DNA of 61,901 bases, the filler included. It is 4 parts of 4 records of this genome, joined end to end, with 100 filler letters (N's around TTAATTAATTAA, not from the genome) between each part and the next. Parts side by side here need not be neighbours in the genome. Positions count along the whole stretch, not along the records: positions 1 to 29,807 come from SRR20825019_685; 3 more parts are not named here. One strand, 5' to 3'. How positions within the stretch are numbered: the first letter of the stretch is position 1; the number at the start of each line of letters is the position of its first letter. Below are positions 1 through 8,733 of the stretch, one piece after another. A program made the position numbers and the translations under genes. The notes below the pieces were generated by a model that worked only from the letters and a program-made list of their open reading frames with translations, was not told where the DNA came from and did no database searches.

Positions 1-1356
1 CTCTTCGTCGGAGATGATGCGGCCTTCTTCGAGGTCGATCAGCAGCATGCGGCCCGGCTGCAGGCGCCAGCGCTCGACGATATCCTCATCGGGGATATCG
101 AGCACGCCCGATTCGGAGGCAAGGACCACATGGCCTTCCTTGGTGACGAGATAGCGCGCCGGACGCAGCCCGTTGCGGTCGAGCGTGGCCACGACAAAAC
201 GGCCGTCCGAGAGCGACATGGCGGCCGGACCGTCCCAGGGCTCCATCAGGGCCGCGTGATATTCGTAGAAGGCGCGGCGCTCTTCATCCATCAGCGAATT
301 GCCGGCCCAGGCTTCGGGGATCAGCATCATGGCTGCGTGCGGCAGCGAATAGCCGCCACGCACGAGGAATTCGAGCGCGTTGTCAAAGCAGGCCGTGTCG
401 GACTGGCCCTCATAGGAGATCGGCCAGATCTTGGTAATGTCATCGCCGAACTTGGGCGAGGAGACCGAAGCCTGGCGGGCCGCCATCCAGTTGACGTTGC
501 CGCGAATGGTGTTGATCTCACCATTGTGGGTGGTCATGCGATAAGGGTGGGCCAGCTTCCAGGACGGGAAAGTGTTGGTCGAAAAGCGCTGGTGCACGAG
601 CGCGATGGCGCTTTCGAAGGCCTCGTCATGCAGGTCGGTATAGAAGGCGCCCAGCTGGTCGGCCAGGAACATGCCCTTATAGACAATGGTGCGCGCCGAC
701 ATCGAGACGACATAAAAGCCGTTGTCGCTGTCGCTCTCGGGGATCTCCTTATAGACCACGTTGGAGATGACCTTGCGCACGATCAGCAGCTTGCGCTCGA
801 ACGCGTCGATCGTCAGGCCTTCGGGGCGCGCAATGACCATCTGCTCGATGATGGGCTGGGTGGCGATGACGCCTTCGGACAGCCGCGAATTGTCGGTGGG
901 CACAACGCGTTCGCCGAGCAGTTCGAGGCCTTCGGTCTCAAGGCAGCGGCGCACCGCGGCGGCGCACTTGTCGCGCAGGGCGACATCATTGGGATAGAAC
1001 ACCATCGCCACGGCGTAGTGGTGCTTTTCGGGCAGGGCGAAGGGCAGCACCTTGGCGAAGAAGGCATGGGGGGTCTGCACCAGAATGCCGGCGCCATCGC
1101 CCATCAGCGGGTCGGCGCCCACGGCGCCGCGATGCTCCAGGTTCTCGAGAATTTCGAGACCCTTCTGCACCACTTCATGGCTGGGCTTGTTCTTGATATT
1201 GGCGATCATGCCGATGCCGCAGGCATCATGCTCCTGGGCCGGATCATAAAGACCCTGGGCCTGGGGACGGCCGTCGACGCGCTTGCCGTCCAGAATCAGG
1301 GTTTTGCGATTGGCTGTTTCGGTCTGGGCGGTGATGCCGGTCCGTACGTTTGCCAT
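1..1356 (-). CDS. gltB: Glutamate synthase large subunit, 5' portion (runs off window start)
   Basis: My translation from ATG 1356: MANVRTG...QGLYDPAQEHDACGIGMIANIK...LENLEHRGAVGADPLMGDGAG..., ending ...WRLQPGRMLLIDLEEGRIISDEE at the window edge. This is the GltB propeptide plus Ntn amidotransferase. It is absent from the ORF track because there is no stop in the window. Confidence 0.97.
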   Translation of the reverse strand, partial: MANVRTGITAQTETANRKTLILDGKRVDGRPQAQGLYDPAQEHDACGIGMIANIKNKPSHEVVQKGLEILENLEHRGAVGADPLMGDGAGILVQTPHAFFAKVLPFALPEKHHYAVAMVFYPNDVALRDKCAAAVRRCLETEGLELLGERVVPTDNSRLSEGVIATQPIIEQMVIARPEGLTIDAFERKLLIVRKVISNVVYKEIPESDSDNGFYVVSMSARTIVYKGMFLADQLGAFYTDLHDEAFESAIALVHQRFSTNTFPSWKLAHPYRMTTHNGEINTIRGNVNWMAARQASVSSPKFGDDITKIWPISYEGQSDTACFDNALEFLVRGGYSLPHAAMMLIPEAWAGNSLMDEERRAFYEYHAALMEPWDGPAAMSLSDGRFVVATLDRNGLRPARYLVTKEGHVVLASESGVLDIPDEDIVERWRLQPGRMLLIDLEEGRIISDEE

Positions 1357-1869
1357 TGCTCAACCTCGTTCTGTTCGGGCCCTGAACTGGGGCCAATGTT
1401 TCGTCTTGCGCATCCTGCTGTTGCCGACGGGGCCGGCCGGGCGGATGCATGGTTTCCTCTGGGGCGCAGTGTTCAGCCGGGTCGTACTACACGAGTACGG
1501 CTCGAATGAGCAAATTGCGTTCCTGCATGGGGAGCGGCACTGCATCCAAATGGCCGCTCATATTCGGGCTCTATCTTAGCCCCGCCTGTCCGTTTCCGCT
1601 ATCGACTAGCGGTCCAGCCGGACCAGCGTGCGCGCTGGCCGCGGAGAGCGGGGCGACGCGTGAGATAGGACAGAGATACTGCCCTAACGCCGGCACATTT
1701 GCATAATTCCAAACTAGGGGCAAGCCATTTTGCCGCCAAGCCGACACAATAAATAGGACTTGGCGGGAAAAGTTATAGGAGACTGTAGGAGATTTGGCGC
1801 GATCCGATGCCGATACAACAAGGGCGCCCCCAAGGGAGCGCCCAAAAGCCGGTGAATGGCCATAAAGTC

Positions 1870-2343
1870 CTATTCGAGATGCGATTTGATGAACCACAGA
1901 TTCTTGTCGAGATCGCGCGAATAGGCGGTGAGAATATCGGCGGTGTCGGCATCGCCGGCCTCGTCGGTGGTGTCGATATCCTTGCGGACCTGGTTGGCCA
2001 GCTTGCCAAAGCGCTCGGCCAGGGCGGCGAGGTGATCGGGGACCTTCTTGATGTCGGTGGGATAGGCCTCAAGGCTAGTGGCCTTGGCAACGGTCTGGCT
2101 GGTGCCGTCCGGCGTGCCGTCGAGCTGGGCGATACGTTCGGCCATCACATCGACATGGCCATCAATGGCGGCGCGCATGGGGTCGAGCATTTCATGCACG
2201 GCGATGAAATTGGGGCCTTTCAAATTCCAGTGAGCCTGCTTGGTGATCAGGGCCAGATCAATGCTGTCGGCAAGGCGGGCATTGAGCACGTCGATCACCG
2301 CAGATTTGGCATTGGCCTTGAGGTCGATGCTGGGCGTTTTCAT
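1870..2343 (-). CDS. dps: DNA starvation/stationary phase protection protein Dps
   Basis: KQAHWNLKGPNFIAVHEMLD...DVMAERIAQLDG...DKNLWFIKSH ferroxidase motifs; start MKTPSIDL. Confidence 0.96.
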   Translation of the reverse strand: MKTPSIDLKANAKSAVIDVLNARLADSIDLALITKQAHWNLKGPNFIAVHEMLDPMRAAIDGHVDVMAERIAQLDGTPDGTSQTVAKATSLEAYPTDIKKVPDHLAALAERFGKLANQVRKDIDTTDEAGDADTADILTAYSRDLDKNLWFIKSHLE

Positions 2344-2399
2344 GGGGTCTTTATCCTGACGCTTGAGTTGATTGAAACGGCGCGGGGCCTTGCTCAATC

Positions 2400-2425
2400 A
2401 ACTGCGCAGCACGCGGACTCGTTCC
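2400..2425 (-). promoter_or_regulatory. EcfG/RpoE2 (general stress sigma) promoter of dps
   Basis: Minus strand GGAAC-N19-TT about 55 nt upstream of dps. This matches the alphaproteobacterial general stress response consensus, and dps is a typical target. Confidence 0.6.
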
Positions 2426-2445
2426 AAATGCTGGTGGCACGCGCG

Positions 2446-3678
2446 CTATTCGGCCGGTGCGGGCTTTGCGGCGCCCGTGGCAGATGCGGCGCGGCGCGTG
2501 ATGGGCAGGATCAGGATGAAGCAGGCCACTGGCAGGAGTGCCAGGGCGGTCCACGTCCAGAGTGTTGCCGAAGCGCCGATCTGGCCGATGGCGAGCGCCA
2601 TGGCAAAGGGGGCCGTTGCCGCTGCCATCTGGCGGGCCGCGGAGATCAGCCCCTGGAGGGCCCCGTAATTGTGCTGCCCGAACAAGTGCAGCGGCAGGGA
2701 GCCGGACACGATGCTGGTGAGCCCCGAAGCCAGTCCGAACAGCAGGGCGAAGGCCAGGGCGCCGGCAAGAGCGGGTGCCGAGATGGCGAGCAGCAGCAGG
2801 GCAACCGGCAGCGTCGCGGCGGCGATGATGGCCAGGGCCGTTGGGCGCAAGCGACCACCGAACACCATGTTGATCAGCCGCGCCAGAACCTGTGCCGGTC
2901 CAAAAATGCTCGAGATCAACAGGACATGTGTGCCAAGATCGAGCGCCTGGAGCAGCGGCAGCATTTGCAGGGTCACGGCAGCCAGTACCAGTCCTTGCAG
3001 GGCAAATCCGCCCAGCACCAGCGGAAAGAGCCATTTGCTTTTGGGATTATCGGACGGGGCCATTGCCGGCGTTGGGGGCGTGGCGGCGCCGGCCGGGCCG
3101 GGCGCGGGGCGGTTCGACAATCGGCCCAGCCAGAGATGCAGTGGCAGGCAAACCAGGACGTTCATTCCGGCGAAAACCACATAGCTGCCGCGCCAGCCGA
3201 TCTGGTCTTCGAGCAATGCGGTTACGGGCCAGAAAAGGGTCGAGGCAAAGCCAGCGATCAGGGTGAGATGCGTGATGCTGGCCTGCGCCTGCCGCCCGCC
3301 CAATTGCACCAGCACGGCGAAGGCGGCGGCGTAGAGCACCAGGGTGGACGCGATTTCCATGCCCGCCAGCGCCAGTGCAAAGAAGGTTCCGTTCGGCGCA
3401 ATGGCCATCAGGAGCAGAAAGAGACTGACCAATAATGAGCCCAGGCTCATGCTGCGGGCGGCGCCGAACCGGTCCAGCATGCGCCCCGTCCATGGGGCCG
3501 ACAGTCCGCCGATCAGCAGGGCGATGGTCAGGGCGCCGAAGATCCATTCGGCCGGCAGGCCAAAACTGTCCCCGATGGCCGGGGCCAACACGCTGAAGGA
3601 ATAATAGAGCGAGCCATAGCCCACGATCTGGGTGATGCCGAGCGCCCAGACGGCGGTCGCGGGGACTGGATTGGTCAT
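2446..3678 (-). CDS. arsK: MFS transporter, ArsK-like arsenite/organoarsenical efflux
   Basis: LGITQIVGYGSLYYSFSVLAP N-terminus, GRMLDRFG MFS motif, many hydrophobic helices, adjacent to arsR. Confidence 0.75.
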   Translation of the reverse strand: MTNPVPATAVWALGITQIVGYGSLYYSFSVLAPAIGDSFGLPAEWIFGALTIALLIGGLSAPWTGRMLDRFGAARSMSLGSLLVSLFLLLMAIAPNGTFFALALAGMEIASTLVLYAAAFAVLVQLGGRQAQASITHLTLIAGFASTLFWPVTALLEDQIGWRGSYVVFAGMNVLVCLPLHLWLGRLSNRPAPGPAGAATPPTPAMAPSDNPKSKWLFPLVLGGFALQGLVLAAVTLQMLPLLQALDLGTHVLLISSIFGPAQVLARLINMVFGGRLRPTALAIIAAATLPVALLLLAISAPALAGALAFALLFGLASGLTSIVSGSLPLHLFGQHNYGALQGLISAARQMAAATAPFAMALAIGQIGASATLWTWTALALLPVACFILILPITRRAASATGAAKPAPAE

Positions 3679-3705
3679 GGCGACAGGGTTCGCTTTACGT
3701 GGCGG

Positions 3706-4230
3706 TCAGGCGCAGCAGGCGGCGGATTGGGTCGTCGGGCCACAGCAGGCTGCCTCCGGCTGGCTGGCCCGATGACGGGGCTTGCAGATGGCGGGGCGCA
3801 TTTCCAACGCCAGCGTCATGCGGTCCTGCCCTTTCTCAATGCGCGCGATGTCGAAGATTTGCATGGCTTCGCCGGGGCGGCTGATCTCGATGGTGACCCG
3901 TGAGGACTGGTCCATGCTCAGGGTCTTTTCGACGCGGGCGAGAATGGCGAGGAATTTTCCTACGCTCATGGTGTCGTTTCCCTCCCGGGCCGGCAGGTCT
4001 TCAACTTGCAGTACTGTTTCGCTCCACTGGTCCGGGTTGCCGCCACAGTCGAGCGCGGCGAAATGCGCCGCCTTGATTTCGGTGACGTGGTAGCCGGGCT
4101 GAATGGTACGTCCGGCATAGTTCAGGACCAGCGGCAGGGCGGCGTGCGGTTCCAGGCGGGCGCATAACTGGCCGAGGGTGTGATCGGGCTGGATCATGGA
4201 GGTGACAGGGACGTTCATTGGCTCTACCAT
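3706..4230 (-). CDS. DUF6428-like Cys-rich protein (start could be 4218)
   Basis: GYHVTEIK...LDCGG...WSETVLQ motif; C-terminal ICK...ACC...ACCA. Confidence 0.7.
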   Translation of the reverse strand: MVEPMNVPVTSMIQPDHTLGQLCARLEPHAALPLVLNYAGRTIQPGYHVTEIKAAHFAALDCGGNPDQWSETVLQVEDLPAREGNDTMSVGKFLAILARVEKTLSMDQSSRVTIEISRPGEAMQIFDIARIEKGQDRMTLALEMRPAICKPRHRASQPEAACCGPTTQSAACCA

Positions 4231-4240
4231 TATCTCAATG

Positions 4241-4258
4241 TTTCAAGAGATATTGAAA
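4241..4258. promoter_or_regulatory. Putative ArsR operator
   Basis: Inverted repeat TTTCAA-N6-TTGAAA in the short gap between the divergent DUF6428 and arsR genes. Confidence 0.6.
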
Positions 4259-4614
4259 TGAGAATGAACGAAAAGCAAGCCCTCGATGCCTTTGGCGCGC
4301 TCTCGCAGGACACGCGGTTGCGCATTGTGCGGGTTTTGGTCATGGCGGGCGAGGCGGGTTTGGCCGCAGGGGCCATCAGCGAGGCGGTCGAGGCCTCATC
4401 CTCGCGCACCTCGTTTCACCTTGCGCATCTGGAGCGCTCCGGCCTGATTTCATCGCGCCGCGAAGCGCGCTCGATCCTCTATACGGCCAATTTCGTCGGC
4501 CTGTCCGGGCTGGTGGACTTTCTGATGCGCGATTGCTGCCAGGGGCACCCGGCCATGGTAGCCGGTGTCGCCCATGCGGCCGAGGCGTGCTGCGCGCCAA
4601 GGTCTGGCGCATGA
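4258..4614 (+). CDS. arsR: ArsR/SmtB family repressor with C-terminal vicinal cysteines (start 4258 or 4264)
   Basis: ALSQDTRLRIVRVL...SFHLAHLERSGLI HTH; RDCCQGHP...ACC metalloid-binding tail. Confidence 0.9.
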   Translation: MRMNEKQALDAFGALSQDTRLRIVRVLVMAGEAGLAAGAISEAVEASSSRTSFHLAHLERSGLISSRREARSILYTANFVGLSGLVDFLMRDCCQGHPAMVAGVAHAAEACCAPRSGA

Positions 4615-4645
4615 AAAAAGGCGCGGCCCTTGCGGACCGCGCCTT
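4614..4645 (-). terminator. Intrinsic terminator between convergent arsR and ibpA
   Basis: AAGGCGCGG...CCGCGCCTT stem with an A-run on its left (U-tract on the minus strand). Confidence 0.7.
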
Positions 4646-4671
4646 CATCATTCCGATGGACTCGGAAAGGC

Positions 4672-5127
4672 CTAGTTCACGGATTTGTCTTCGATGGTGG
4701 CGGTGCCGCCATTGATCTGGATGGTGCGCGCCTTCTTGCCCTCGGGCAGTTCGCGCTTCAGTTCCAGATGCAGCAATCCGTTTTCAAGATTTGCGCCCTG
4801 AACCTCGACATAATCGGCAAGCTGGAAGCGGAGCTCGAAGGCGCGCTCGGCAATGCCGCGATGGAGGAATTCGCGCTTGTCATCACCGCTTTCGGAGGGC
4901 TTGGCCCCCTTGACGACCAGACTGTTCTCCTTGGTCTCCACGGCGATGTCGCCATTGGAGAAGCCGGCTACGGCGATGGAGATGCGATATGTGTCGCTGC
5001 CGGTGCGCTCGATATTATAGGGCGGGTAGGTCTTGGCTTCCTGGGCGCCCAGGGTATCGAGGCGGTTGAACAGCCGGTCAAAGCCGACGGTGGAGCGGTA
5101 GAAGGGGGAAAAATCGATGGTCTGCAT
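4672..5127 (-). CDS. ibpA: Small heat shock protein Hsp20 (class A)
   Basis: DFSPFYRSTVGFDRLF, YPPYNIE, FLHRGIAERAFELRF, LENGLLH. Confidence 0.96.
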   Translation of the reverse strand: MQTIDFSPFYRSTVGFDRLFNRLDTLGAQEAKTYPPYNIERTGSDTYRISIAVAGFSNGDIAVETKENSLVVKGAKPSESGDDKREFLHRGIAERAFELRFQLADYVEVQGANLENGLLHLELKRELPEGKKARTIQINGGTATIEDKSVN

Positions 5128-5131
5128 TTGT

Positions 5132-5156
5132 CACATTCTCCTGATTGAGCAACGTG
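5132..5156 (-). promoter_or_regulatory. ROSE-type RNA thermometer (SD-sequestering hairpin)
   Basis: Minus strand CACGUU(G)CUC-AAUCAG-GAGAAUGUG: UUGCU motif with a bulged G opposite the AGGAG Shine-Dalgarno, just before the ibpA AUG. Confidence 0.8.
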
Positions 5157-5253
5157 GTTGAGTGTCGACCGGTGCCTGTGGCGGTGCTCCCTTGAATAGG
5201 CGAGACCGATTGGACAGGGCCGGTGTCCCCGGTATTCCCGGCGAACAGCATTG

Positions 5254-5281
5254 ATGTAGGTGCGGTCAAAGCCGGTTCAAG
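5254..5281 (-). promoter_or_regulatory. RpoH (sigma32) promoter of ibpA
   Basis: Minus strand CTTGAA-N15-CCTACAT. Confidence 0.75.
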
Positions 5282-5349
5282 AGCTCGGCGAGATGAACCG
5301 AAGATGAATGATCCACTCCGCTCCGGTTCAGGCGCATTGACCTAGAAAG

Positions 5350-5484
5350 GGGCATGTGAACGTAGCCGGACAGCTCCGGCAGAGGCGTTCGCAACCCTGA
5401 CGGTCCCGTCAACCCGCCCCCCGCATGGGACCGCGCAGACAAGGAAAGCCAGCAGCCAAACCCGGTTGCTGGCTTTTCTTTTTT
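5350..5484 (+). ncRNA. Candidate structured small RNA ending in an intrinsic terminator
   Basis: Three hairpins: GTGAACG/CGTTCGC enclosing GCCGGA/TCCGGC; CGGTCCC/GGGACCG with a C-rich loop; AAAGCCAGCAGCC/GGTTGCTGGCTTT plus U-tract. Confidence 0.5.
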
Positions 5485-5532
5485 AGCATTGCCCGATTAA
5501 GGTCGCCGCCACAGCGAAATCGAGGGCAGGCA

Positions 5533-6507
5533 TTGTCAGCGCAAGTCGAACCGAACGGACCCAGGCTGGTGTCCATCCCGACCAATCCGGTGCCCGAGGG
5601 CGCACGGGTGGGCTATTTCACCACCTCGGACAAGGTACGGTTGCGCTATGCGCTGTGGCCGAAGACCGAGGGGCCGCAACGCGGCACCGTGTGCCTGGTG
5701 CAGGGGCGGACTGAATATATCGAGAAATATTTCGAGACCATTGCCGACTTCCGCAAGCGCGGCTTTGCCGTGGCGACGTTCGACTGGCGCGGACAGGGTG
5801 GCTCGGACCGGCTGATCGGCAATCCGCATGTGGGCTATGTCGATCGCTTCGAGGATTACTGGACCGATCTGCGCTGTTTTCACGCCGAGATCCTGCTGCC
5901 CGATTGTCCGCCGCCCTTCTATCTGGTGGGCCATTCCATGGGCGGGCTGGCCAGCCTGATCGCGACGACGCGCGATAGGATGATGTTCGACCGGGTGTTT
6001 CTCAGCGCTCCCATGGTGAGCCTACACGGCCTGGATCACAGCCTGCACCGCTGGGCGGCCGTCGCCGAAACGGTGAGCTTTTTCGGGCTTGGGCATTTGC
6101 CGCTCAAGCGCAAGGGCGACCGGCGGCCGGATGAAAGCATGTATCCAGACAATCCCCTGACATCGGACATGCTGCGCTACAAGCGCATGGTCGAAACCAT
6201 CAGGGCCGATGACGGACTTTATGTCGGCTCGCCCAGCTTCCGCTGGCTGGGCGCCTCCATGCGCGCCATGCTCGAAACAAGGCAGGACAGGTTTCCCGGC
6301 GAAATCCGCATTCCCCTATTGATCCTGGCGGCGGCGCGGGAGCGGATCGTCTCCACCCCGGCCATTGAGCAATTGGGCCTGCGCCTGCGCACGGGGCGGC
6401 ACATGGTGATCGCCGGATCGCGCCACGAGATGTTCATGGAGGCCGATCCGGTGCGCGGTCAGGTGTTTGCGGCTTTCGATGCCTTCATCACTGACCAGAG
6501 CCGCTAG
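5533..6507 (+). CDS. Alpha/beta hydrolase, lysophospholipase (PldB-like); TTG start inferred
   Basis: QGRTEYIEKY, FDWRGQGGS, GHSMGG nucleophile elbow, SRHEMFME. Confidence 0.9.
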   Translation: MSAQVEPNGPRLVSIPTNPVPEGARVGYFTTSDKVRLRYALWPKTEGPQRGTVCLVQGRTEYIEKYFETIADFRKRGFAVATFDWRGQGGSDRLIGNPHVGYVDRFEDYWTDLRCFHAEILLPDCPPPFYLVGHSMGGLASLIATTRDRMMFDRVFLSAPMVSLHGLDHSLHRWAAVAETVSFFGLGHLPLKRKGDRRPDESMYPDNPLTSDMLRYKRMVETIRADDGLYVGSPSFRWLGASMRAMLETRQDRFPGEIRIPLLILAAARERIVSTPAIEQLGLRLRTGRHMVIAGSRHEMFMEADPVRGQVFAAFDAFITDQSR

Positions 6508-7298
6508 GCCTTGGCGATCAGATCCAGCGCCCTGTCGAGCAGTTCGGGGGTTGCAGCGGCCACCACATTGCCGCCTCCGCTGGGTTCGGAACCGTCCCAG
6601 CAGGCGATGGCGCCGCCGGCTTCGCGGATGATCGGCACCAAAGCGGCGATGTCATAGGTGTTGAGATAGGGCTCGATCACCAGATCGGCTTGCCCGGCCG
6701 CCAGCAGCGCATAGCCATAGCAATCCATGCCGAAGCGCTGCAGGCGCGTGGCCTGTTCTACCGCGAGCCATTTGCTCCAGTGTTCGCCCTGAAACAGGTT
6801 CGGCGTGGTGGTGAAGACGCGCGCGGCGGCCAGCTCCGTCTGGCCGCTGGTCTGGTTGGTGCGCAGAACCTCGCCGCGCCGATAGCTCGAGCGGCCCGGC
6901 ACGGCGATGAACTCCTCGCCGATAAAGGGCTGGCTCATCAGTCCTGCTACTGCCACCCCATCAATGGCAAAGCCGATCAGCGTTCCCCAGACCGGTGCGC
7001 CTGAAATGAAGGCTCTTGTGCCATCGACCGGGTCGATGATCCAGCTATGAGGTCCCTCGCCGGTCGTGCCCCACTCCTCGCCGATGATCTGATGATCGGG
7101 AAAGGCCTGGGCGATGATGTCGCGAATGACGGTTTCAGCCCCCTTGTCTGCCTCGGTGACGGGGTCGAATCCGGCGGCGAGCTTGTTATCGATGGCGAGC
7201 GAGGTGCGAAACAGGGGCAGGGTGTGCTGCGCGGCCGCCGCGCTGGCCTGGCGCAGGACTGCTTCAATCTGGGCAAAATCGATCGAGCTGGTGGGCAT
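6504..7298 (-). CDS. hisN: Inositol monophosphatase family, histidinol-phosphatase HisN-like
   Basis: FDPVTEAD, GEE, WIIDPVDGTRAFISG, DCYGYALLAAG, YDIAAL. Confidence 0.85.
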   Translation of the reverse strand: MPTSSIDFAQIEAVLRQASAAAAQHTLPLFRTSLAIDNKLAAGFDPVTEADKGAETVIRDIIAQAFPDHQIIGEEWGTTGEGPHSWIIDPVDGTRAFISGAPVWGTLIGFAIDGVAVAGLMSQPFIGEEFIAVPGRSSYRRGEVLRTNQTSGQTELAAARVFTTTPNLFQGEHWSKWLAVEQATRLQRFGMDCYGYALLAAGQADLVIEPYLNTYDIAALVPIIREAGGAIACWDGSEPSGGGNVVAAATPELLDRALDLIAKA

Positions 7299-7509
7299 AT
7301 CGGGTCTTTCGAGGCTATAGGTCAGACAAAAGGCAAATCTGACAAGGATTTACTTGCGAACACTTTTAGTTGAACGGCAGATGTGCCGCGATTTTGCGAG
7401 GATTTTCTGTGTCGTTGCTGATTCATTTTTGCAACAAGGCCGGCGGGAACTGCTGTGGATGAAGCGGGGAGGCTTGTCCAACGGCGCGAATGGGTTCATC
7501 GACAAGGGG

Positions 7510-7609
7510 CATGGTGCGTTGCCGAACGGCCCGGCATCTGGGTGCCGCGTTCGGTGAACATCGTTCCTCCCTTGACTGGGGCCGTCTTTGGGGGCGGCCC
7601 CTTTTGTTT
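7510..7609 (+). ncRNA. mmgR: MmgR / suhB / alpha-r8 family small RNA (5' end approximate)
   Basis: Hairpin, then GTTCCTCCCTTGACT anti-SD core, then GGGGCCG...CGGCCCC-TTTT terminator. It lies between the inositol monophosphatase and N-formylglutamate amidohydrolase genes, the known locus of this family in rhizobia. Confidence 0.75.
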
Positions 7610-7617
7610 GTCCGGAT

Positions 7618-8514
7618 TTATTCTGCCGCGGCCTGTTCGGGCAAGGTGGAGATGCCGGCCAGCGCCATCAGATCGATCCCCACCAGGGTCATGATCAGCC
7701 GCTCGATCAGCGCCTTGATGGTCTCAAAATCGGCATTCTTCTCCAGTGTCACCTCGTTCATATAGAGATGACGGCTGATTTCGATCTGCAGGGCATGCAC
7801 CCCATGTTGCGGGCGGCCATAGGCGCGGGTGCAGAAGCCCCCGGCATAGGGGCGGTTGCGGGCCACCCGCAGACCCGCCGAGGCAAATACGGTTTCGACC
7901 AGATCGACCAGCGGACCGGCGCAGGTGGTGCCATAGCGGTCGCCCAAAACGATATCGGGCGTGGCCCGCTCGCCATGGCGACCCAGCCGCGGCATGGAAT
8001 GGCAATCGATCAATACGCCCAGGCCGAACTTGGCCACGCTTTCGGACAGCAGCTTCTGCAGCGCCGCATGATAGGGGTGGTAGATGCCCTCAATGCGCAT
8101 GCGCGCGTCTTCCAGGGTAAGGCGTTCGCGGTAGATGGGTTTGTTCTCCGCTACCACGCGGGCCAGCGTGCCCAGCCCGGCCGCAACGCGGGGGGAGCTG
8201 GTGTTGAACCGGTCCGACAGTGGTTCGACGAACATTGTGGGGTCCAGTTCCCAGGGCTCGCGATTGACGTCGAGATAGGCTCTGGGGAAATGCGCCCTGA
8301 GCAGCGGCGCACCAAGATGGGGCGCGCGGCCGAACAATTCATCGACAAAGGCGTCCTCGGACTGGCGGATCGAGAGATGGTCCAGCCGCGCCATGGCCAG
8401 GAAGCGTTCGGGATAGACCCGGCCCGAATGGGGCGAGTTGAACACGACAGGCGCGACCAGCCGTCGTGGACGGATCGTCTCAAATGCCGGTTGATCCCAA
8501 TAGTCGGACCGCAC
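7618..8514 (-). CDS. N-formylglutamate amidohydrolase (GTG start inferred)
   Basis: FNSPHSG, RAYLDVNRE, YHPYH, DCHSMP, DIVLGDRYG, RNRPYAGG, HALQIEI. Confidence 0.92.
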   Translation of the reverse strand: MRSDYWDQPAFETIRPRRLVAPVVFNSPHSGRVYPERFLAMARLDHLSIRQSEDAFVDELFGRAPHLGAPLLRAHFPRAYLDVNREPWELDPTMFVEPLSDRFNTSSPRVAAGLGTLARVVAENKPIYRERLTLEDARMRIEGIYHPYHAALQKLLSESVAKFGLGVLIDCHSMPRLGRHGERATPDIVLGDRYGTTCAGPLVDLVETVFASAGLRVARNRPYAGGFCTRAYGRPQHGVHALQIEISRHLYMNEVTLEKNADFETIKALIERLIMTLVGIDLMALAGISTLPEQAAAE

Positions 8515-8733
8515 GCCGTCTCCCCCAATATGGCGGTATGGTCCGCCAGAAAGTGATTTGCTGGAGTTAAGTTTCGCGCGCGGCGGCGCGATTGTCCAGA
8601 ATTGTTGCATTTGTGCGAACAACGCGGAAAAGGCGGCGCTGGATGCAGTGAGAGGTTGCGAAAGCGGCGCGGTGGCATAAACATCGGCGCAAACACCGAC
8701 TCAGCCGCTGGCTCTGCCCCAAGAGGACCCTTG

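Noticed and set aside
130-1509. 459-aa + strand ORF, and similar long antisense ORFs (1807-3435, 11636-14086, 22944-24263, 57004-58638)
   Set aside because: Shadow frames opposite real high-GC genes; the real product at this position is gltB on the minus strand.
5315-5330. CTCCGCTCCGGTTC resembling half of the tRNA-flanking repeat core
   Set aside because: Too short in high-GC DNA, and the other half is absent.
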